A DNA stretch of 63,273 nt, the filler included, from Reticulomyxa filosa (Eukaryota; Protista; Foraminifera): NCBI GenBank assembly GCA_000512085.1. It is 19 parts of 19 records of this genome, joined end to end, with 100 filler letters (N's around TTAATTAATTAA, not from the genome) between each part and the next. Parts side by side here need not be neighbours in the genome. Positions count along the whole stretch, not along the records: positions 1 to 21,601 come from ASPP01000076.1; positions 21,702 to 24,144 come from ASPP01016047.1; positions 24,245 to 27,101 come from ASPP01008172.1; 16 more parts are not named here. The stretch is one strand, 5' to 3'. A model generated the notes under the pieces. That model was given only the letters and a program-made list of their open reading frames with translations. It was not told the DNA's origin and ran no database searches. The translations under genes were made by a program, and so were the position numbers. Each line of letters begins with the position of its first letter. Within the stretch, counting starts at the first letter, position 1. Of this stretch, positions 13,068-26,421 are shown in pieces.

Positions 13068-13221
13068 TTATCCCTTTCTGGCTTTTCTCTGTCTTTTTCT
13101 TTTTCTCATTCTTTTTTTCTTCCATTTTCCTCGCACTGTTTGTCGAAGAAAAAGCGCTGATTTCACAAAAACGTGCGTAGAATGAAAAACAAAATTAACT
13201 TGAATGTCTATGTGCTTTCAT
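13068..13221 (-). CDS. RPL41: 60S ribosomal protein eL41, 29 aa, 2 exons (13221-13200, 13135-13068)
   Basis: Removing a 64-nt GT-AG intron gives MKAHRHSMRGKWKKKRMRKRKRQRKARKG*, which matches the eL41 core MRAKWRKKRMRRLKRKRR. Too short for the ORF track. Confidence 0.85.
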
Positions 13222-13962
13222 TTTTGTTTCTTATCGTCGACTTCTTCGATTTCTCTAAAACGAAGAAAATGATAATGAAGAATGACCTTTCGTCGGCAAA
13301 AAAAAAGGTTTTGACCCGGCAAAACACAGTTTTGGCGTTTTCGTGAAACGCTCAGTTGTTACCCAATTGAAAACTCCACAATATTCCAAAAGCAGGTATT
13401 ACAAGTTGTTGTGAAGGTAATTATTGGATAGAACAGAATATAGAGATAAAACTTAATTTCAATTAATACTTCATGTGTTTGTAAAAGTATAATCAAGAGA
13501 TAAAATGTGTACGAAAATTGGATAATTGGTGATAATATAAAAGATAAGCAAGTATTTTTGGTAAATTTATTGTATATTTCTACAACACATAACAATAATT
13601 GTAGAATTACTTTCTAAAATAGTTTAGGAAACTGACATAATCAATCAAATTCTACGAAAAGATTGTATAGACACTCCTTTTATTTGGAGCACTTTTATTA
13701 AAATTGTAAGAAAAATAAACAGCATAAAAACTACACAAAAAAACACAGCAAGTACATTAAAATGATGTCATTAAAAATGTAACAAACTACCATTGCGAAT
13801 ACCATCTTTGCATAGATCCAGTCGAGCAAAAGCGTACAAGTTAAAAAAATAATTTCTGTCATTAAACCTCATGACAAAAAGCCAATGTCAAAACAAAAAC
13901 AAAAACAAAAAAATCCAAAAGTATCGTTTGGAAAGTAAGGGAGGAGTTAAAGTTTTTCATTT

Positions 13963-14633
13963 TCAACAATCCTCTTCACTACTTTCCAGTGGGAATTGAA
14001 GACGTTGATCATTGTCAATGCGTTCCTCGCTTTGCTTCGCGTGATATTGATCACCAGTAACATTGGAATGCACGACAGACAGAGAGTCTACATCTTTCCA
14101 TCGATTCACATTATTGTCGGTAATCAATTGAATGCAAGTATATGAAACAACAACTTTTGTTTCAAATCCTCTCGTTCTATCCACAACCAATGTTTGTGTA
14201 AATACATTGCACGAAAATATAAGAGAGATATCCACCCTTTGCAGTCAAATTTGAAAACAAAACTCAATGCTAGTGTTGCTAAGTATTGGAGGAGTTCCAT
14301 AGAGTCCATCTTTTAAAGATCTCGAAATAATCTTTTCATCAAATTCCTTATCCACTTTTGGTATTCCACTCCCTTTTTCATTCTGAAAGTCTAAATCAAA
14401 TTCTGGTATTTTGTTAGTCTCACCAAACTTTGGCTTCATTCTTGGCGTTGGTGGGACATCACCTTTGCGCCATCCCATTGACGGAAGCTATTTGGAGGGA
14501 GAGGAAACACGGAAAAAGTTGGAGAAATTTTTTGTCTTTTTCTTTGCAAAAAACGACAAGACGAAGACAACCACGCTTTTCAAACGTGAACATAGCGTAC
14601 TTGTGCGTTCATTGTTGAAAAAGCTTGTTGCAT
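13963..14633 (-). CDS. Hypothetical small spliced protein
   Basis: ATG at 14633 (MQQAFSTMNAQ), intron GTACGC..AATAG, LPSMGWRKGDVPPTPRMKPKFG.., a second GTTTTG intron, then ..FPLESSEEDC*. No family recognised. Confidence 0.45.
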
Positions 14634-15819
14634 CTTATATCCTCAATAATCCTGATGAAGTTTAAATTTCTGCTGACGATGACAAGGGCAGCACCTTTGC
14701 TTTTTTCAAACTTGTTTCTCCCTTTGTTTTTGTAGTAATTAGGACATTTTAAAAAATCCATTCACAGGAACGTAGGGTTCGATATCAGCCAAAAAAGTAC
14801 TGTAAATTTGTTGTAATTGCTAACGATCGATGAAAAATTTTTTTGTGCGTCAGTCTCTTGCCTTTGAATTGATGGTACTGTTTCAAAAATCCTAAAACAT
14901 TCCAATAAAATTTTTAAAATAATAATTATGCTAAGCACAGATTAATTACTAAAAAGTGGTGGGCAAACTTTTTAGGTCGGACGACAGGAAATAAAGTTCA
15001 ATTAGAAACTTCTGGCCCTTTTCTCTCTTCTGCTAGTACTTAAGACTTTTTTGTTTTTTTCTTTTACTGATTCATTTTATCTTTTCCTTTTGTTTTTTTG
15101 TAAAACGATTTATTTTCAGATCTTTTTTATCAGGCGCTTTCGTTTTACACTTTTTGATTTTAATCTCGATTCTGACGTTCAACTCGGAATGAGAAAGCAA
15201 TTGCATGGTATTGCTTGTTGATTTGATCTCTCAAAGGAATATACAGTAAATCAATATAAGTTTTTACCAGAGAAAGAAATTTTTCGCAACAAAAAGCATT
15301 ATATGTTGAACAAAAACTCTATGAATCGCCTGAGAATGGCGAACTGTTCTTGCAAATTATTAAAAAAATTCAGAAAGACGCTTTTAGAAAAGGACAAATT
15401 TTGCATTTTTCATATTCATAAGCTTCTGAAAAGTTGAAAAAACAAGTTTAACTGGAAACCGTAAACGGGAGATTAGTAGTCATATTTCAACTTTGCAAGC
15501 GTTGTACTTTAAAAAAGTTTGAAATATAAGTCACAGTATTTCAGAACCAGAGAAGTCAAAATTTAAGCAGTTTAATTGAAACGACTGCTTATGTTTGATA
15601 TGAATGTTAAAAGTTATGAGATTAACAGCCTTGTCCACTAACGATAATTAACCTAGTCACAAAAAACACAATCTTGAGTAATCGCGGCTTTAAGAAAAGA
15701 AAAAAGTGCACCCGTACCAAGCGGACAAAGTTCTGTTAAAAGTTTCCCGTTTTCACTCTCTTTTGAGCTTCTGTTTTGAAACTTGAAAAAAAAAAAAGAA
15801 AGAAGAAATATCCTCAGAC

Positions 15820-18273
15820 ATGGCACAAATATTTATTCCAAACAGTACAACGGATAGTAAGATTTCTGAACTGGTACCTGTTCAACATTTAGCAGTACCT
15901 GAAGTGTGGCCACAATCTCGTGTAGGTGCGTCTGTGTTAGGTCTGGCGGTTGACATGCGCCCATCGGGTTGCATAACGCAAAAGGCAAATGGCACAGACA
16001 TGCACGTAATGTGGTTGCTGCCTTACCAAGTCACAGTCAACGGTGTGCAGAACGATTGCAATATTGGGAACTGCACAGAAGCACATTGTGGTGTTATGTC
16101 AAACAGTAATGATATCAAGTATATGCTGTCCCCTGCAAGTAAAGATATCACCAACGAAGGGAGCGAAATTAAAAAAGAAACAGTGTCGTCCACATCAGGT
16201 TTATAGTTTATGATGTCGTTTTTTTTTTCGTTATAATTTTTTTTTTTGTCCTACAACCTCCTCCCCCTTTGTCTTCCCCTTTGGTGTCCGAGAGTGTGTT
16301 TGGACTTGGGATAATTGTATACCGACATATACACCAATAACGAGAAATGGAATGCGTATAAAGATCAAAAATATGGTCAACACAATACATAGGAAGCACA
16401 GCGCCATTACTCGTGTTGAATGCTGCCTCCGGATCGAACACTAGTCTTGTTCCTATTCATATGGAAATGGTCGAACCTGTTCAATGTTGTAGCAACGGTA
16501 ATGATATAGACCGCAACAAGACGACGAGTCACTTTGTGTCAAATGCAACAACAGTGCATACAGCAGCGATAGACAAATATACGCCGAGCTGGATCTGCGC
16601 TCGTGCAATAGCAGCAGAAAGCCCTAGAAGGAACGTGTGTCAATTTTTACCACCACACGATGGTCCTTTGTCCCTGACTTCAATACCAGTTGCAGTCCAT
16701 TCCGGATTCAAGTCGGAGCCGTCCTGGGACCACGTCGCAAGTGCAAAAAAAATGCACAAACAAGTGATAAAGATTGACCAAGAGGACCCAAGTATTTTCG
16801 CTGTTAATTTAACACGTCAGTTGAACTTGTCTTTTGAATTGAAATTATGCATTTGCTGAGAGGGAGATAGTGAAAAAGGAGGAGGAAAGATGTGTGGAAA
16901 TTATTTTTTTTTTTGCAAAGGATCACAGTTTTTAGAGGTTTTTTTTTTTGTTCATTTTTGTAAATTGTGTACGTACGTAATTTGTTTACATATAGATTAT
17001 TTTTTGTCGTTTCTCTCTATTTGAAAATATAGAAGCGCTAAAACAAAAATATAACACGACAAAAGAGACCGAAATACAAGACAGTGGATATCTGAGCGTC
17101 GTAGTCGATAATGGTGAAAAAACGTCCATGATGAACAACGATTCAACTATTTTGGTCAACGGACAAGTCCTCAAACGCCATTGTGCTATCGCCGATAAAA
17201 AATTTGCGTGCAAAGTTTGTGGGAAAAGATATAAATACGAAACCAATTTAATCAGTCATGCGACTGTTCATACTGCCCAAGCCTTGGAGTGCGAGTATTG
17301 TCATAAAGTTAGGTCTTTTTTTCTCTAGTTGTGTGATAAATGTGTTTTTATTTCCTTGAAACTCATCAAGTGATTTAAAAAAAAAGGGGGAAGGAAAGTA
17401 GGTACATACCAACATTCTTTTAGTAATGCCCAAAATAAAATGTAGCTGCCTCGTCAAAGCACAGTTAGACTAGGAAAAAAAATAAATTTTGTGTAAATTG
17501 AATTACATAGAAATTTGGACGAAAAACCAATTATGTCGAGCACTTGCGTATCCATACAAATGAACGCCCGTATAAATGTCAATACTGTGACAAAAGCTTT
17601 AAGCAAAATCATGGGTATGTACCATAATACACAACCAAAACACGCAGACGTTTCTGGTTCACATTTGCTTAAAAATTTAGACAGTCATAATGCATACCAA
17701 CGAACAAATACTCATTATACTTATTTTTTTTACATTTTAATGTATATTTCCATGAATCTTAATGGGTTTGTGTTTTTGTGTTAATCAATGTATTGAATCG
17801 AATCAGGTGGCGAGATCACGGTATGTAAAAAGGGGTGAACTAACCAGAGGAAAAAAATTCCATGTGGATGCCTGCCAAAAATGGCTCACTAACAATAAAA
17901 ACAAGCTTGTGTATACTTGCGCAAAAAAAAATAATTGGTAGTATTGCGCCGCTTTTTTCTCTCTAAGTAAATTGGATCAACTCCAAAAATATAGGAGCTT
18001 ACTGTTTTCTTTTGCTAAATAGAAATTAATCAAAAAAATTGTGTGTGACTTTGTACAGAAAGGACTCACACGAACGAACGGCCGCATGTATGTGACGTCT
18101 GTGGAAAAGGATTTGCTGTGGGACATAATTTGACCGTGCACAAACGAATCCATACCGGTGAAAAACCTTATAGTTGTAACTATTGTGAAAAACGATTTCG
18201 TCAAAAGTCAGCGTACAATGCACATATGAAAAATGTCCACAGAAATATCAATCAAAAACAAACAAAGACATAA
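15820..18273 (+). CDS. C2H2 zinc-finger transcription factor (five fingers), multi-exon
   Basis: CKVCGK..HATVH, CEYCHK|[44 protein letters not shown], with TNERP/TGEKP linkers. Linkage of the 5' exons at 15820-16800 is inferred. Confidence 0.88.
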
Positions 18274-19002
18274 TAAGTACTTGTTCTTTTTGGTTGTATT
18301 TTGCGATTGCTTGTTTCAGCAATCCTTGGTGCGTGCATATGCTCTGGAGTTGTGTTTTATGTTTTTTCTCTTCGTATCGGGCTTTTCGTTTGGGTTTCGT
18401 TGTTTTTGTTTTTCCATAAAATTTTGTTAACATCGTTGTTTATCTTCACAGGGAAATTGGAGGAGATTTTGTATACGATGTTAGTACATTTTATTAACAG
18501 TCATATGACAAAATGCTAAATTTGGGTACATATTAGCACATTTATCTAAATTTTCTGCTAATTTTTTTCCCCTTTAGCTCAGACAAGTTCAATAGCCTTT
18601 GTTGTTACTTTTGTTCATAGTGCTTCTTGTAAAAATCTGATTATTGTCGTTTATCCTATTACAATCATACGTAGCCTTGTTGCTTCATGCGAAATTTGCA
18701 CGTAAATCTTTCTGGTTCCTAGCAAGGTCATTTATTCTTAGATTTGTGATGTCCTGGTATCCAAATCGAAGGAAAACTGCAAATACAAAAAAAACTAACA
18801 AGAGAAACGAACTTTAGCTTACACGTATACAACAGTTTGCACAATCAAGTCGCAACTTCAAAAAAAATTTGTTGCTATAGCATGTGGCTTAAAATGGGAG
18901 TACAGCCTTAAAAAGTAGAAACACAAGACAAAATAAATAATAACAGCGAAAAAAAATCGAACGAGCGTTACCGTTTCCTGTTTTTTTTTAAAAAATGCCA
19001 GC

Positions 19003-21122
19003 ATGAGATTCCCACTTCTTCGTAGTGCAGCTCGTTTTTGCAGACGTTTTGTGGTATATGGTGGATTAGCAGGGTTCGGGGCATTATATATCGATGATAA
19101 GTTGCATTATGATCGTAACAAACGTACCTTTCGCGCAGTGTGGACTTGCCTCCGCATTTTATATGAGTTCAAGATAAATTGGGACGAACAAGCACTGAAC
19201 AGTGAATTGCATAAGCGAGTGGCCGAAATGATACTGGAAACATGTCAAAAAAACGGTGGACTTTACATAAAGTTTGGACAAGGAGTAGCATCAATGAATC
19301 ATATATTACCACGCGAATACAACCAAGTATTCCAAGTTCTTCACGACAAAGCGCCGTCAGTGGAGTTCAGGGAAGTATATCAGATTATTATGGAAGATCT
19401 CAAAGTCGATCCACATTTAATTTTCAAAGAATTTTCTGTCAAACCAGTAGCATCTGCAAGCATTGCGCAGGTACGCGTTTTTTTTGTTTTTTTTTTCCCA
19501 TCGCATCCAAAAAATTTCCGTAATATTCGAAGCCTTAAAAAAATATTGGCCACAAATGCACAACAAAAACAAAAGGTACACAAAGCAGTGCTTCATAATG
19601 GTGACGAGGTAGCAGTGAAAATTCAAAAGCCTTATATTGCAAAACAAGTGCCATGGGACCTGGCATGCTATAAATTTTTATTACATGTGTTTGAGTATTT
19701 TTTTTGAATTGCCTTTGGCTTGGAGCGCGGAATACACAGAGCAAGAGATGAAAAAGGAAATCGATTTTGTGATTGAGGCGATGAATTCCCAAAAAACAGA
19801 GCAAATATTACGTGGTGATCCATACGTGTTTGATTTCCATCACAACTACGTGGAATATATGAAGCAAAAAATGCTTCGTTTGTTGCAAGTCTCAACAAAC
19901 AAAGATACGATAAAAAAAAAAATAATAACAACACTTCGTCACCCACATCGGTAATAAACCCATTACAAGATAGCTTCAGTAAACATAATCGCTTTCGTGT
20001 GAATGAGTATTTGCAATACCATGTATACGTACCCAAGCTGTATCCCCAATATTGCAGCAAACGTATCCTTTGTGCGGAATGGTGCGACGGGACGAAGATG
20101 AACAATGAAAAAGATCGGCCTTCAAATATCAGCACGAGCGAGTTGATGCAAACAGTGGTGTCTCTGTTTGGTTGGCAAATATTTGTGACAGGCTTAGTCC
20201 ACTGTGATCCCCACCCTGGCAACGTGTTGGTTCGGGAGCATCCTTCTCTCTCCAGTCGAAATGCTCAGCAAAGGTCCCAAACATATGCCAGCAAACGTTG
20301 GTACGACAAATGGCTGTGGTTTTTATGGAGCGCTGATCATTTCAAGGGCAATCATCAAATTGTATTTTTAGATCATGGTCTTTACATCGAAGAGTCTGAA
20401 AAGTTCCGAAAACAATACGCCCGGTTGTGGACTGCCATGTTCTTAAATGATCACAAAACATTACATGCTATTTGTCAAGACTGGGGAATTGAGGACACTG
20501 ATTTCTTTGCCAGTGCACAGCTAATGAAGCCTTTTGTCTCGCAAGCTGGTCCTTATGTACTCTTTTTTTAATGTGCAATTTCTCTAAAACGAAATATAAA
20601 TACTATATTTGGTATCGATTTCGGGCCTTGACTTTTTATTGTTCTTGTTCTCCGTCTTGGTCTTGCATTTTTGTTTGCAAAACAGGCGGTTTGTGGAGAC
20701 AACAGGCAATGACGCCTGCTGAAATCGCTCGAATGCAGACTGAGGCCAAAGAACGAGTGAAGACAATATTGAAACGCACCAAAACTATTCCAAGGGAGCT
20801 CATATTTGTTGGTAGGAACATGAATTTGGTTCGAGCAAACAACAAAGATTTGGGATCTCCAGTCAATCGCATCAGCATTTTGGCCGCACATGCCGCGCAA
20901 GGACTGGAAAAACTGTCGTGGCAAACTCACTGGAAATGGAAACTACAAATGTGGGGACTTTCGTTTTATTACCACTGGACGTGGTGCTTGACCTATCTCC
21001 GCCGAAAAATCTTTGGAAGCGGTAGCATGGAAAACTTTGAAGATAAGGTGGAGCAAAGGGTGATGACACAACTGGTCAAAGATATTGGAGTTGGTGCAGC
21101 AGATCACATGTTTGCAGGATAA
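19003..21122 (+). CDS. ABC1/ADCK (UbiB) atypical kinase, ADCK1-like (3 introns, frame break at T-run 19698-19705)
   Basis: NGGLYIKFGQ, PVASASIAQ|VHKA, VAVKIQ, EIDFVIEA, GLVHCDPHPGN, LDHGLY. Confidence 0.92.
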
Positions 21123-21601
21123 CATTAATAACAAAAAATAAACAAAATTGATGATCTGCAACTTTTCCTCTCTTTCGGTTATTGGCCTAGTGCTAATTAC
21201 TTATTTTTGTATGCACAAATTTATTGATGTTTGTGCAACAATAATCTTTTGCTGCTTAGAATGATAAAGCGAATTAAAAACCTTTTGAAAAGAATATTTC
21301 GAAAACACTGCCAATGGAAAAAAACAAAAATGAACTGTGATTCAATTCAGCAATCCTGCTAATTTAGAGTTTTTAAATCAATATTTACATTCAATGCTTG
21401 TTTCCTTTTGATGAGAATAACAACGCCATTTGCACGATGTACGAGCCTGTTCAATTTTGGTTATTTTAGGAAGGTTAAACTTAAGGAATAGTTTATTTTT
21501 TCCAACAAAAGGAGCAGTCTCTCGAAATTAAAATAAATGCCCTGAAAATTTGACCACTGTTCCGACAGAATGACAAGGAAAGGTGATGATATAAAAAAAA
21601 A

Positions 21602-21701
21602 NNNNNNNNNNNNNNNNNNNNNNNNNNNNNNNNNNNNNNNNNNNNTTAATTAATTAANNNNNNNNNNNNNNNNNNNNNNNNNNNNNNNNNNNNNNNNNNN
21701 N
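21602..21701. other. Artificial contig spacer N44-TTAATTAATTAA-N44 (first of 18; others start at 24145, 27102, 34776, 35995, 37706, 42774, 45070, 47279, 49806, 51003, 52516, 53724, 54900, 56245, 57843, 60234, 61977)
   Basis: Identical 100-nt block with stops in all six frames. Composition and gene content change abruptly across it. Confidence 0.98.
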
Positions 21702-22694
21702 ATGATGATGATGATGATGCAATGTACAAGAGATGCCATTGGCGCTAAGTACGAACGTCTAGTGATACCAGGAGGGAGTCCTTCCCTAACCCGTTGGCAA
21801 GACACATATCGACAAATCCATTCCATTGGCAACAATGAACAACATGAATCCAATCCTAGCGAGTTGGTCCATGTATTCAATATCCCTCCTTTACATTTGC
21901 CAGGACCAGGACTAGGACTAGGACCAGCTGCCACAGGGACAAGGATGGAGATGATACATGGGGCCAAGGATTCTACTGACATTGCATCCACCGTTTTCAA
22001 CTCGTCACTGTTTCGCCATCAATACGGGTATCCCACATACTTCACGCCCAGGAGCAATCTCAAACACGCTCTGCAGTCCTTGCGGAGACAAAGTCAGGTG
22101 CTCTTCAGTCAGACCAGCGTCCACGAATATGATATGCAACAGCCCATCTCCCCTCCCGATCCTAACAGATCCAATGACTCTGCTAACGCTTTGCTCGACA
22201 AACAAAAAGATTCCAATTCCAATCTGCCATTGGTTATCTTATACATCATATACATATATATACATATATATGTATATATATGTATAATGTTTTTTTTTTT
22301 TATTAGGATGTGGTAAATCGTGAAGAACAACGAGACAGTATGGCAGATTATTTCAAAGACATACAAAAACCATGGAACGAACGGAATTATTTCGATGAAG
22401 AGAGCGACGGCATCTTGCCCAATCCGCACTGGCTGCTGTTGCCCGACTTGAAGAAAATCAACGCCGTCGACACCACTTTTCAGAGTACTTTGGCGCACCA
22501 CACGCAAATGTATCACATGGACGAGCCCGTCACCGCTATCAAAGAATTGAGACAGTACATTTACAAACACATCACAGGAGTTTATTCCGACTCGACTCAC
22601 CCTTTCGGTATTTCACGCGCTTCTCCCTTTTTTTTTTTGCACACGACGTATACGTATTGTACATTAGCAACATTGAAATATTCACTTAATTCAC

Positions 22695-22725
<31 letters not shown>

Positions 22726-24144
22726 AAATATATTAAATCAAATCCAAAAGCATCTCAAACTTGTAGTGTCACTAATAAAAGAAGAAAAGGAGGAAGAAGA
22801 GGAAGAGGAACAAGAAGAAGAAGAAGAAGAAGAAGAGTCAATAGCAGATATCGAGTTGAGTGCCAATGAGAACAGCGACAGTGAGGAGATTGGAAATCCA
22901 CGATCGAAAAGACGACCTCGTCCAGGACTGCGACGATGCACATCGTTTGTGATTTCGAATTCAGAAAACGTGTCGTTGAATGTGAACGAGCTGCTGCGGA
23001 AAATCCTAACGTTTTTGAAAACGTATTTGCAAGCGCAGCAAACGTACGTGCTGCGTGCGTATCCGCACATTGGCAACACGCGTGCGCAAGACGTTGTGGT
23101 CATTGCCATCAGCGACGCTGTTTTATCGTGCGTGCATCACGATTTGATTGCGCTTTACGACCTCGTGTTGAATGTCAATGATGAAAAGTTTGAAACCGAT
23201 ATTCTCAAACTACGTCAACAAGAGCAATCATCATTAACATCGTCATCATCATCATCATCATCATCATCATCGTCGGTAGCAGCAACAAATACGTATACTG
23301 CAGGTACTACAAATGCTACTAGGAGTAGTACATCCACAAACCCTTGTTCGTCTTCATTGCTCGATAATATGAACTTTTTCGGGATTAATAAAAAATTCCA
23401 AAATCCTTGTCGCTTGTATCACAGCCCCGTAGACGGGTCGCATCAATTCTACGCGGACGAAATGGATGTGGTCACTTCATTTGCTCGTTCCAAAGGCGTG
23501 CGTCGCCGTCGCTGTGCGTCCAAGCCAAAAGAAGCTCGTGGAGGGATCGTTTATGTCAACGCCAATACCAGTTCATTGGAAGAGCATATTCGCTTGGACA
23601 ATTGCTATTTTGCAAATAGCTTGTATCACGAAGAAGAACAAGAGCAAGAAGAAGAAGAAGAAGAAGAAGAAGAAGAAGAAGAAGAAGCAAATGAAGAGGA
23701 TGAAATAGAGTCAATAAAAAATAGACCGCCTTCTAAGATCGCGCAGCTAAAGCCAAAAAAAAAAGTCAATACCAATAATAATAACGGCAATGATAATGAT
23801 AATAACAATGGTAATGACAATGGTAATAATAAAAGTAAGGGAAATAATGAGTTGAAAAATGTAATGGATGTGCAGCCGTATTCAGAGTCATCCCCGCCTT
23901 TTCAGCAGATGATTGACATGTTCGACGAAATGGTGGAGGTGACCATATTGAGCGACAAATTCGAATTGCTGATTCGTATTTTGCATTTGATCCCTCAATG
24001 CTTGCACAATCTCTACAATGCTTTCATTGCCACCGATGACTTGATCGCACTTTTATCCTATTGCTTGGCGCACACAAAGAGTACTCGCATTACTGCCAAC
24101 TTCCGAATCCTCGCTGATTTCATTGATGAGCGCTCATGTTATTT
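21702..24144 (+). CDS. Partial VPS9-domain (Rab5 GEF-like) protein with acidic and low-complexity tracts
   Basis: C-terminal SDKFELLIRI..IATDDLIALLSYCLAH..ITANFRILADF resembles the VPS9 DDL motif. Poly-E, poly-S and poly-N tracts. Truncated at both contig ends. Confidence 0.65.
23638..23700 (+). repeat. (GAA)n coding microsatellite (poly-Glu)
   Basis: Visible GAA run; a similar run lies at 22780-22835. Confidence 0.9.
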
Positions 24145-24244
24145 NNNNNNNNNNNNNNNNNNNNNNNNNNNNNNNNNNNNNNNNNNNNTTAATTAATTAA
24201 NNNNNNNNNNNNNNNNNNNNNNNNNNNNNNNNNNNNNNNNNNNN

Positions 24245-24803
24245 GTTGTTGTTGTTGTTGTTGTTGTTGTTGTTGCCTCTGTTGTCGTTGCTGCTGTGAT
24301 GATCTTTCTTCTTCATCTGAAGTCGGATTAGAAGCATTCCACTCGTCATCGAAAAGGTCTCTTCTTGCGACAGCCGACTGCCAATGAACATTGCCTGTTC
24401 GTGTTCGAATTCGCTATCAGTACCGCTGCCGCCGGCGTCGTGTTTGATGTGTTCGTTGAGTTGAGGCATTTCTTCTGCTGCCATGTCTTGATACGATAAA
24501 GACTGAGAAAAGGGGGTCATTTTCCCTTTGCCTTTTTGCGTTTTGTCTTTGTCCTCGCCAATGTCATAGTCATATTCTTCATCGACGCCTTCATCGCCGT
24601 CCACTTCGTGGTCATCGTTCTCTACCTCTTCTCTTTCCACTATTTCTTCTTCGTCATCGTTGTCGACGTCATTGTGATCTTCCTCTGCTCCCGACGATGA
24701 ATAGCGACCACCACTTTCATCGTCATCACCGTCACCGTCTTCATTGTTATTATTATTAGTAGTAGTGGTAGTAGTAGTGTTATTATTATTATTATTGTTA
24801 TTA

Positions 24804-24874
<71 letters not shown>

Positions 24875-26001
24875 GTTATTATTATTGCTATTGTTATGAT
24901 TGTTGTCATCATCATCGTTGTCACTATCATTCGCTTGCTCTCGCGACTTTGGCGAGTCCCGCTGCGACTCTTCCTCACACATCAACGTACGCGCCTTCAC
25001 ATATTGGGTTAACGCCTCTTCATACCTCTCCGACTGCGCTAACAAAAGCATATAGTCAACAATATAGCTGGGGTCGTCGCCGCGCATCTCAATCGCCTTA
25101 CACAAATACTTTTCACCTTCGTCAAACTCTTGCATCTCCGACATTATTCGACCATACAGCCAATACATGTTTTCTGGCTGAGCTGGAATAAATGCAAACG
25201 TCGTATCGTTTTCATTCGTGCTATATTTGTATAGTTTTGATAGACAGAGAGAGAGAGGAGGGTTAGCTATTGCATGCAATGGCAGCATGTAATGCACATG
25301 TAACCATATCGTCTATATTCGATACAACATACATATACACAACGCAGATGATATATAGTAACATATACATACTCTTGATAATTATTATTACGTGCTTGAT
25401 TAAATTCCAAACATATTCTCAATTGTTGAAGTGAGGCAGGGTATTTCTGTGTCATCCAAAGTAAATAGGCGTATTCATAACGCATACATTGGTCATTAGG
25501 GAAATTGTTTAGTCCGTACAAATACATTTGCTCACTGTCATCATATCGTTGTAATCGACGTGTGATTCTCGCATAATAGCGTATATACCGCTCATTTTTA
25601 CTTTCAATTTGCAATGCGATTTTGTAATGCTTTTCCGCTTTTTCAAAATTATTAAATCCTTTTTCTTGAATAAACCCACAATAAAAATGATAGATTCCGT
25701 CAAAACTAAACGTTGTCATATCAATTATTTGATGACACGTTTGTAATGCACTTTTCCATTTTTGCAATTGGATTTCTTCTTCCAACTTATTTCGTAACAA
25801 TATTATCTCATTGCTTCGATGCTTCCATTGTAAATGCTCATCAAAATGGTTGCTCGATACTCTTTCTAACACTTTACTATTTTTGCGTTTTTTCGTCGTT
25901 CTCTTTATCCTTCTTCCGCTTCCGGTGGACGAACTTTGATCGCTCTCATTATCATTCAAATTGTTTACCGATAATGGCTGAAATGCTGTGCCTTCTAACA
26001 T
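24245..26001 (-). CDS. TPR-repeat protein with Asn/acidic low-complexity tail, 3' truncated
   Basis: FEKAEKHYKIALQI, YDDSEQMYLYGL, YPASLQQLRICL, FDEGEKYLCKAIEM and YEEALTQYVKA are TPR-like helices. Intron around 25375-25270. Confidence 0.75.
24780..24886 (-). repeat. (AAT)n coding microsatellite (poly-Asn)
   Basis: Long TTA/TAT run on the + strand. Confidence 0.92.
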
Positions 26002-26421
26002 TGCCTCCGCTGTCTTTGGATTTTAATTTTGGAGGTTATTAATATTTATTTTTTTTCCCAAATTAAGTTTTTTGTTTTTTTTTCAGCTTTTGATTCGCCA
26101 GGATTAGCAAATCATTGAACGTTAACGCTTTTTTCCGCTCCCCTTGATGTCCCCTTTCGCAAAAAAGGAGTTTGTCGGATACGTTAGTCTTTTTTTTCAC
26201 GTCAAATTCAAGGGCTTCTTGTTTTTTTAATAAAATGTGTATACATCATTTTAAAAAAGGAGTGTTTGTGAGAGTGTTTTTAAAAAATGTTTTGCTAATC
26301 ATAAGTTGGATATATCGATTGAAATTTTCGCAAATAGACAATCGAATTTTCAACCTTAGTTCCATTTAAATTCATGTAAACAACAAAACAAACACAAACA
26401 CAAAAAAGAAACAAAATCTTT

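Noticed and set aside
14770-14795. GGTTCGA T-loop-like motif suggesting a tRNA
   Set aside because: No acceptor, D or anticodon stems around it.
21646-21657. Recurring TTAATTAATTAA as a biological repeat or CRISPR-like unit
   Set aside because: It is always embedded in exactly 44+44 N, so it is a concatenation linker. Adjacency across it carries no biological meaning.
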